This document shows, piece by piece, positions 54,591 to 64,000 of a stretch of 64,000 nucleotides of DNA (positions within the stretch are counted from its first letter, which is position 1; every line of letters starts with the position of its first letter). The notes beneath the pieces were generated by a model. The model made no database searches, was not told the DNA's origin, and saw only the letters and a list, made by a program, of their open reading frames with translations. Source of the DNA: Eledone cirrhosa (taxonomy: Eukaryota); assembly GCA_964016885.1 (NCBI GenBank), contig OZ024741.1, forward strand, positions 321,160,001-321,224,000. Direction: 5' to 3'. Position numbers and translations under genes: made by a program.

Positions 54591-54814
54591 TTTTTTGTTT
54601 ATCTTTGTTTCTACTTTTTAGTTGAATTCGCCTGATATTGATTTAGCATTTTGTCCATTCTCCAAATAAATGTCTATACGACGGGTTGGGTTCGTTGAGA
54701 ATATAAAGTAGGGGAATGTTTCGGGTGGCTGCACTGAATGTGAGGTGGATGGCCAATTACGCAATGGAGTCGTAATCGCTGCAAATTATTTTATAGAAAC
54801 CACGTAATTTGATT

Positions 54815-56125
54815 ATTTAATGGTAGTCTGATATTGTCCGCCACCTTGAACATTTCCAAGCACATGGTTAACCAAGAATGAGTAACCATGTCGTATGGCT
54901 TCTTGTAATCTATCCCTCCTATGGCAAGACCAGTATACCTCCTCTTACAGTTCTTTATTATCATCTTGTCAATAAGTAACTGGTATTTTGTACCACGGGA
55001 CTTCTTTTGAAATCTTTTCTGTTCCTCCGGCAATAGGTTGTTTATGTCGAGGTGGTTGTAGATTTCCTTGGACATACTTGTTAATAATTTTCACATCAAG
55101 GACAAACATCTGATATGCCTATAGTTGATAACGTTATTTCTCTTGGCTTGGTCTTTCATTATTAGAACCGTTGTACCTTTTGTCATCCACTATGATACTT
55201 CACCCGACACCAAGTAGTTATTGAAAATGGCCGTCAGTATCGAGTGGAGAGGCGTTATATTTTTAGTTCAATATCCTTGCACACTATCCAGGCCTGGTTA
55301 TTTCCAGTTGGTAAATTTATTGGCCTGCTTTTTAAGAGTTTCAACCGAGTTACTTAAATCAGGCTGTTGGTGTGCTGGTTCATTAATCTCCTTTTTAACA
55401 GTCTCAATCCACTCTGCCCAACTATTAGTATCACTAACCTGCTCCCATATTCCTCACCAAAATGTGTTGTTCTGTTGAGCCTCAGGAATAACATCCTTGC
55501 ATTTTTCATTCCCTTCAAGCTGTCCAAATAACATCTGTTTGTTGTCGAACATGCGGTTTTGTCATATCTTTTAATCTTTACACTTTGCTATAGTTCCTCT
55601 ATTATAAAATTTAGCCTTTTACCTTTTGTGTTGTATTTCCTTGTCTATCTATTCGTAGTATCTATGTTTTGTAATGTCCCGTTTAATAAAGACTCAGGTT
55701 TCCTGATGCCCTTTCTTACTTCCTTGATTTGACCATTCAACCACTTCTTCCACCAAGGTTCTGTCCTTTCTTGTCTGTTTTCTCTCGTTTCGATACCAAG
55801 TGATTTTTTTCACCTCATTTGCGGCTGCTTTGAAGATTTTGTTCCATTGTTGAAGATTCTTCACCTCAAGGTATGAGACGACTTTGTTTACCTTAGCTGT
55901 CGTTTCTTTTAACTTTTTTCTTAGATTCATAGGTTTACACTATCATTATTCATTTCATTAAATTCAGAATATCAACAAAATCTTGCCCTAGCCCGTCGGC
56001 GTTCATTTTCGCAATGATCGTATATTTACTCCAGGTGTTATTGATCTCAATAATTAGATAATTGTCTTCGTCGGTTACTTCCTCAGGTCTTATAACCACT
56101 TCACCCTCATTTTCTACTGGCTCAT
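54815..56125 (-). pseudogene. R4/Dong-clade LINE, N-terminal half of RT
   Basis: LLPEEQK.F.K.SRGTKYQLLIDKMI...IDYKKPYDMVTHSW. Confidence 0.8.
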
Positions 56126-56127
56126 TT

Positions 56128-57700
56128 TATTATTATTATAATTTGAAACTTCCTTTGAATTCTGTTTCTTTCTTAAATCATACCGAGTGTCAACCTGACA
56201 CCTGTGGCAAGATTTGATAATACACACATTTTACAATCAATTGACATTCAAATGATGTCTTTGCAAGGTTTTGAAATTGATAAAGCCCCCCTCAAGGCAT
56301 AGACAGTGCCAGTCAGCACTATTGTATGTATCTCTTGCAGGGATGGCTTTTCAGGTAACCTGGTCCAAATATTTTTCAGTTCTTTTTTTTTATCATTTCA
56401 AGTGCGCTGACTATCACTGATAGCCTTCACATGCCACATTTTCTCAATTTCAATTAATAGATCTTTATACTTACTGAGCTTCCCAAACTCTTTCGAGATG
56501 TTACGATCTGATGGAATGCTCATGTCAATTAAGAAACATATTTTCTCTTTATGGTCCTTCACAATTATATCAGGTCTATTGGCCTTGATTGTTCGGTCAG
56601 TGTTCAAGGGAAATCCCATAGAATTGTCTCGTTCTCGCCTTCTGTTACTGCATCCGTGTGATGGTTATATTATTTCCCTCTGTTTTCAGATCAGAGAACC
56701 TACACCAATGTAAGTATTGTGCCACTCTATCATGCCTCACTTTATATTCCTGGGTAGCTAATACCTTGCAACCTGAAACCACGTGGTCAATGGTTTCAAC
56801 ATCTCATCACAGAATCGACACTTTTGGTCAGTTCCATTTCTGATCACAATGGCTTGAAAGTTGCGCGTTAAAAGACGCTCGTCTTGTGCAGCTGAAATGA
56901 AGCCCTCACTCTTTTCCTTTAGCCCAGAACTACACAACCACTGCTCATGCAGTGGTTTTTGCTCCCATTTAGTGCACAGTCTCTGTTGACCTTCACGTTT
57001 TATCAACACTTTGATATTCTTTGTGGCTTGCTTTAATTGCATAATCACTATAATTTTCAAAATGTATTCCCAATTCTACCACAAACTTCTTACTTTCTTT
57101 TGTAACTGAATGTGGCCTCTTCTTCCTGTCGTGATCCGCAACTATTTTCATCATCCAGTCGTGATTTTAAGGTACTGATCGAGTCCAAAAGTCGATATCC
57201 TGTATGATAGCTCGAGCTAGATTATTCCTCTACCTCCGTTTAGTCCAGGGAGATAGAGGCGACTCACATCAATTTATCATATTGAAACTGTAGGTGACAA
57301 CAGGGATTGCGGGCGCATTTATGGCAGATAGCTTATTATTCCTCGAGTTAATCTCAGTTTCCAAGACAGCTCGTACTCAAGCTTGTACTCTCCAGTAGCA
57401 TTCCTTCCTGATTCTGTCTTTCATGCAGACGTGGTGAATATCTTGGCCTCCATTTATCCCAAGATATCTGTGGATTTCTTCCTGTTCTAGTTCCCTAATT
57501 ACGGTATTCACATCTATTTGCATTGAGTTTGTGCTTGTCATTCTGCCTTTCTTGAAAGTTGCTTTGGCTCATTTTCCAATTCAAATTCCATCCCTACATC
57601 ATCGATGAAAAACTTACCTGGCTTCAGCATTCCTTCCAATTCGTCGTCATTTTTAGCATACAGCATCAAGTCATCCATATAAAACAGGTTTTGCTGACTA
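56128..57700 (-). mobile_element. R4/Dong-clade LINE 3' half (RT C-terminus, CCHC, restriction-like endonuclease) with (AAT)n tail
   Basis: LFYMDDLMLYAKN; SEGFISAAQDE...CRFC; TDRTIKANRPDIIV...LIDMSIP...KLSKYKDL. Confidence 0.85.
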
Positions 57701-58109
57701 TTTTGTAGCCATATTTTGTTTTGTTGAGCGCTAAAGACAGCGGTGTGAGTGCAATGCAAAATATTTCAGGAGAAAATATTAAACACGGCACTAATAATAT
57801 TATTATTATTATGCACAGTAAATATAACTATTGGGTCTTCCACTGTCTGTTGAGTATCATCAACAAATAACTTAGACTGAATTTGCTTATCCGAGTATAT
57901 ATGTGCAGTATCCAACAGGGCAGGCTTTTGTGGGAGAGTCATTTGTGAATCGAGATCTATTTTCTTAAGTTACCTTCTCAGATTTAGTTGCATTCAGCTG
58001 GCCGTTGCTTTTGACAAATTGACCACATTCGTGTAATTTCATCTTCAATTCAGAGTGTGATGAATTAGCAAAGTCGTTACAGCATCAGGTGTGGTTATTT
58101 GAGCTATTT

Positions 58110-58655
58110 CTTAGCTTTGCCTTTCTTCCTTACGAGGTTGATAAAATAAAGTATCAACAATGCTCCGAGATCGATTTAATCCACTTTCACATTCATTTCA
58201 AACCTTGTGCCAAAAATACAAACTATTATTATTATTTTGGGGGCGGTAACTCGTCGCATAGAGTTACGGCCCTTTACGTTCTGAGTTCAAATCCTGCCGA
58301 AGTTAGCTTTTCTTTTTAGCCTTACAGAGTCAATAAAATAAAGTACTAGTCACGCATTGGAGTTGATTTAATCGACTTTCCCCTCATCCAAATTTGCTGG
58401 CCTTGTGCCTAAATCAAAACTCATTATTTTGAGGGCGGTGGATTGGCAGTATCGGTAGAGCGTCAGACACTTTTTTTTGTAGCATAGAGTTATGGCCTTT
58501 CGTATTCTGATTTCAAATCCCACCTGGGTTAGCTTTGCCTTTCATCCTCTAGGGGTCTATAAAATAAAGCACCAGTAATGCACTGGAATCGATTTAATCG
58601 ACTTTCCTCTTCCAATCAAATTGCTGGCCTTGTGCCAAAAATACAAACCATTATT
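58110..58655 (+). mobile_element. Three tandem tRNA-SINE copies
   Basis: Copies at about 58110, 58238 and 58432. Confidence 0.8.
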
Positions 58656-58867
58656 ATCATTTTGTTTCTTGTGTGTATGGTAGTATTGCTATTGTACCTG
58701 TTTCCTCTCAGAAGTCATTAAATTTAAATAGTGATTGCGTATTATTTGTGGACTGTATGTTTATTAATACGATTTGGCTTCGTTTCCTGTGAATACAAAA
58801 ATTCAATTGTACGCACGTTTGTGTTTGTGGGTGTGCAAGCTAGCTAGATAGATGGATATATATATAT

Positions 58868-58964
<97 letters not shown>

Positions 58965-58992
58965 ACAGACAGAGAGATAGAAAGAAAGAGAG

Positions 58993-59071
<79 letters not shown>

Positions 59072-59444
59072 GAGAGAATGAAGTAATTGGTATATTTTGA
59101 TTGTGTATAGTTTCTTATTAAGAGTTCTGTAAATCTGCTTATCATATATGCGTGATCAAAAACATGAAAATATTATTCCCCTCTAACTCCTCCTCGTCAT
59201 CACGATCATCACAGTCTACATTATTAATATTATCATCATTATTATTATAATCATTATTACTATTATCATCAACAACTACTGATTCATTCAAACAACAAAC
59301 AAAACATTGACAGTAATAACAAAAACAAAACGAAAAGGGACAGCAGAAATAATAGAAAAGAATGGTTTCTGATTTACTAGCTATGAATAATGTCCATTTT
59401 ATTAGGTGCAAAATGTAAGCGAGGAAATCTCTCTCTATATATAT

Positions 59445-59514
<70 letters not shown>

Positions 59515-59626
59515 AGGAGGTGTAACTTGGATCCTTCCCACCAATCAAAACAACTCATATTGTCAAACCCTTGAAATTCTGTCTTAACCACATAGCATGT
59601 ATTTCATTTTCTTATAGCATTTTAAA

Positions 59627-59713
59627 GGGTCCGTCGAGCTGCCGGTCATTGAGTCGGGTAGGATCGATATAGATCGAACCTTGAGTTGATCAGTGGCGAA
59701 ACGCGCGTCACCT
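59627..59713 (+). ncRNA. Degenerate hammerhead in (TA)n-flanked element 59512-59762
   Basis: GGGT-CCGTCGA (mutated core)-GCTGC/GTGGC-GAAA-CGCGCG-TC-ACCT, then AATAAA. Confidence 0.5.
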
Positions 59714-59778
59714 ACCAATAAATGTAATGAAGGAGTAACCAATCGTCCTTGTTATTCTTTCTATATATATATAGATAG

Positions 59779-59843
<65 letters not shown>

Positions 59844-60115
59844 TATGTATGTATATATATATATATGTGGGGGGGTGTACATATATGTATATTTCCATCG
59901 CTTACATTTGTTCATGTACGTATACATGTGAGGAAAGAAGCATGCTGAGCAGCTGCTTATTCGTCAACTTATAAATTAATGAATGTGTTTTATGTATGGT
60001 CAAATATAAAAACAGTCAAACGTTAACTGATTGAGCATTCCATATATATATATATAAAATATATGTTATTTAACAAGATGGGATTATACGTTTCACTTAA
60101 TGTCTGTAAATATTA

Positions 60116-60360
<245 letters not shown>

Positions 60361-60555
60361 CGTATTAGTGTGTCTGTGGGCGATATATATATATATATAG
60401 AAAACTAAAGAATAATACGCTTATCTATTGCAACCTTCTTGGAAGAGAAATGTGCCAGTGTAGATAATTGGTTGCTGTTATACAGATGTGTATGGTCTAG
60501 TTTGATTCGAAGCATTACAATACTGATAGGATATATATATTCGTAGAATCGAGAC

Positions 60556-60644
60556 GTATCTGAGGACCTTGCGATTTCAGAGTCAGGTTCGATCATTACA
60601 TCGATCGTGGCTCGAGCTGGTCGCCAGAGAAACGATTGTAATAT
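60556..60644 (+). ncRNA. Type I hammerhead in (TA)n-flanked element 60400-60692
   Basis: GTAT-CTGAGGA-..GCGA/TCGC..-GAAA-CGATTG-TA-ATAT, AATAAA at 60648. Confidence 0.7.
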
Positions 60645-60689
60645 TCTAATAAATTGTATTCGTCGCAACACTGATTCTCCGTTTCTTAT

Positions 60690-60751
<62 letters not shown>

Positions 60752-60876
60752 GGAGGTGAGTTTTATTGTAGTACAATAAAGCAATGCAGATATCGGATAA
60801 GAAGCACTCTACAGTTTGTAGGACTGGAGTATACATAATATATAAGATCAAAAGATGGTTAAAAGAGTTCCATGTA

Positions 60877-60943
60877 TTTTATTATGCGCATTTCAAAAAC
60901 AAATATCATCATGCAATAATAATTGTGTTTTCATCAGATAAAA
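60877..60943 (-). ncRNA. Type I hammerhead in fold-back element 60750-61033
   Basis: TTTTAT-CTGATGA-AAAC..GTTT-GAAA-TGCGCA-TA-ATAAAA; arms about 60833-60887 and 60982-61035 are inverted. Confidence 0.8.
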
Positions 60944-61024
60944 TAGGAAGACATGATATGAAGGTTAAAAAATACTTGTGAGCATAATAAAATACATGGA
61001 ACTCTTTTAACCATCTTTTGATCT

Positions 61025-61057
<33 letters not shown>

Positions 61058-61371
61058 CGTATCTGTGTTTGTGCATAGAACAACAAAAAAGCAGTAGTCA
61101 GGTGTAGGTAGATAGTTAGTTCATTGTTTTGCGATCGTTTCAGATGGTCGATTGATCGATGGAGATCGATTTATCCACTAGCATGGTAGTGGTTAAGTTA
61201 CTACCTATTTCTAGTCTCGAAATCCCTGTTCAATCAGCCGTCCTCCTCATAATCACTAAACTGATCAGAAGTCCGAATCTCGCTGCAACCATCTTCCCAA
61301 GAAAACATTGAGTTCTAACGTTATCAGCCCCACAACAACCAGGTGAATTACTATATATATATATATATATA

Positions 61372-61680
<309 letters not shown>

Positions 61681-62304
61681 GCAGTCATGTTATAGTTGCA
61701 TACACATACAATCAACAAAGTAAATAGACAATATCAATAAATTGAATCAAATATTTCAGATTTGGTTTCAGCCATTTGACTGATCTGCGATCAGTGGCGC
61801 TATGTTTTAAAATGATTCGGTGATCCTATCAATACCAATGTTTATTTCAATCTATTTCTTATTTTATCGATGTCTATTTGCCGAGCTATTACGTTATGGA
61901 ACAAAACCAAGAACACACACACACACATTGAATATAAACGTTGTATTTCAAATAATATATTTATGCAGATTTGCAAATTATCGTCCAGTCAGTGAGTCAG
62001 CTTTTTTCCCAATAACGTCGGGTATTACTAATAGAGTATAAATATATATCCCTTTTAACTAAGGACATTAACATTCACTAAAAATTCACTGAATCTTTAT
62101 GTCTACCTAAATATCTATTATCTATCTATTTATTTATCTATCTGCTTATGTATCTGTTTGTCTGTCTATCTATCTACCTATGTATCTGTCTGTGTGTCTA
62201 TCTATATGTGTGTCTTTGTATATATCTCCGGAATAGCCACACACACAAAACAGGATGGTCATGACTGGAATGCTTGTCATGATACATCAGATCTGTAATA
62301 TTTA

Positions 62305-63246
62305 CGATGGCTTACGAATTCGAGCAACGTGCCTGCACCAAGATTTGCAAGAAACTCGGCAAATCTGCTTCCGCAAACCTTCGAAATTCTTTGTCCGGCT
62401 TTTGATGAAATTTCATCAGGTTAAATAGATTATTTTAGTGTAATGAACTTTTCAAAACCGGTTGAGTTTTGGCTCAAAATAATGAGCTTTAAGGGCGATT
62501 AATCATTAGAAACACTCCAAAAAACAATGGACTATATTCTTAAAATTATGCGTGAGATCCGTTGCTAAACATATCATTAGTTCTGTTACATGAATGTAAT
62601 CAACTAAAGAGTCTACTATGACGTTCTCACTGAAAACCTTAACATGTATCGTATTTTTACTCATTTGACCGACACACTCTTCCTTCGCCGTGTTTCTCAA
62701 AATGAAATTGAATCTGAAGGGACGTCTTTTCGAATCAGTTGATAGAATTGAAACGGCATAACGTATTGTATGGCCTACAGGAAGGAGACTTGGGCGAAGC
62801 TGTTAGGTCCTTGAAGATGCACTCGGATCGCATCATGTATTCAAAGAGGGTACTGTCCGAATATAAAAATATGTATTAAATTCTTAGAAAATGTTAAAAT
62901 TCTTAAACGTAGTCGATTGTTATAAATAATAGCTTAGAAAATCCCTTAAATACCTCTATAGACGGAAAAAAGTGACCAACAACCGTTAGAGAGAATTGAA
63001 CTCTGTGCCTCTCAAATTCCGGTTGAATTTGAAAGGTACTGTGATCGATTCTCTGTAGCATCTGCTATCCTCTTTTTTCCGTCTGTATGGGTATTTTACC
63101 CGATTTTCTAAGCATATATTTTTAGCAATCAACTGTATTCAGAATATTTTCTGCATTTGAGATTTTCTATATTTTCTACGAATTCCAATCAACTCAACGC
63201 TTCGATGATTTATTTAAAATATTTTATTTTCTGGAGCACCTATGTA
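62305..63246 (+). mobile_element. Internally deleted mariner relic with nested insertions
   Basis: EQRACTKICKKLGKSA (transposase N-terminus) and FAVFLKMKLNLKGRLFESVDRIE (C-terminus); TIR-like end TTTTCTGGAGCACCTATGTA. Confidence 0.6.
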
Positions 63247-63259
63247 CATTTTAAAGTCA

Positions 63260-64000
63260 GCAGTCATTTTGATCGGTGTGTGATTAACGATATCAGAAAC
63301 TCCGGTCTTATTATCACTTAACAACTAAATATCCAGGACCGGGCTGAGCCACTAAATCCTATTACTCCTCATTTTATTTTGAAGGATCAAAAACCAAATT
63401 TCAATTATCACACGACTTATTAACCCTACTAAATCCGGTATAGTTACGCTTAAATAGAATTATCTCCAAAATTAAAAAAATGGCCCCTTTAACATTTTGG
63501 AATAATTATTCTATTGGGATAGATTAGGAATATTGCCATTTTATCCAGTTTGACATCAATGATTATTATCTTCTATTATTCTACGGCTACTCCTGAGGCC
63601 TATTAATTTCGTCAAAACATTAACGGAGATTAAAGATCTCAAACTTAATGTCATTTTAAATGCTCGAAAGACTGAACTTCGATTACTGTATTTGGATTTT
63701 TAAAAATATGAATAGTGCCCCCTTCGGTGTGAGCATGAGGGCAACGATATAGCGATGATTACAACATTTATTGGTCTTTTTTTATTATTCTCAATTAAAA
63801 AAGAATTCCCCAATGTAAGTGGTAGTCCACTATGTTGGACTTCTGACTATGACCAAGTGCAGAACCTGACTTATAGATAGGTTCAAGAAGGAGCTTATTG
63901 CTTTTTTTAAAAGCTTAAACCTTTCTATAAAAGTAGATGCAAACCTATAGGTGGAGAAGAATTTTCTAGATGTGACCCTAAATATGTCCAATGGCCTGTA
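63260..64000 (+). pseudogene. Degenerate Hydra-clade-like PLE RT, runs off the window
   Basis: DRAEP, LKD.KPNF, RLINPTKS, FIQFDINDYY, NFLDVTLNMSNG collinear with 29134-31440. Confidence 0.75.

Noticed and set aside
61126-61254. Hammerhead on the minus strand
   Set aside because: Long stem II and GAAACGATCG are present, but the core (ATGAGGA), cleavage triplet and stem I are all mutated; a relic at best

Overview
AT-rich, microsatellite-dense eukaryotic DNA with no convincing host gene. The tRNA-derived SINE, RTE-derived elements and repeat content suggest an octopod cephalopod (inference). The window is a transposon graveyard: Penelope-like elements (PLEs; one Naiad-like RT+GIY-YIG copy at 2.4-4.7 kb, several Hydra-clade-like copies including a near-complete one at 28.8-32.1 kb), R4/Dong, RTE, L1/Tx1 and Jockey/CR1-like LINE relics, about 17 SINE copies, hAT MITEs and a mariner relic. 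The most notable signal is about 15 mostly unrelated families of short elements inserted in (TA)n or (GA)n tracts, many of them fold-back, almost all carrying a type I hammerhead ribozyme (HHR) that I folded by eye. Three families are ORF-less, circularly permuted 448-521 nt monomers resembling retrozymes. Two non-canonical catalytic cores each recur in unrelated families: U3-A8 (TTGAAAA) and U4A (CAGAAGA). Most short ORFs in the track are microsatellite artefacts. Element boundaries are approximate.
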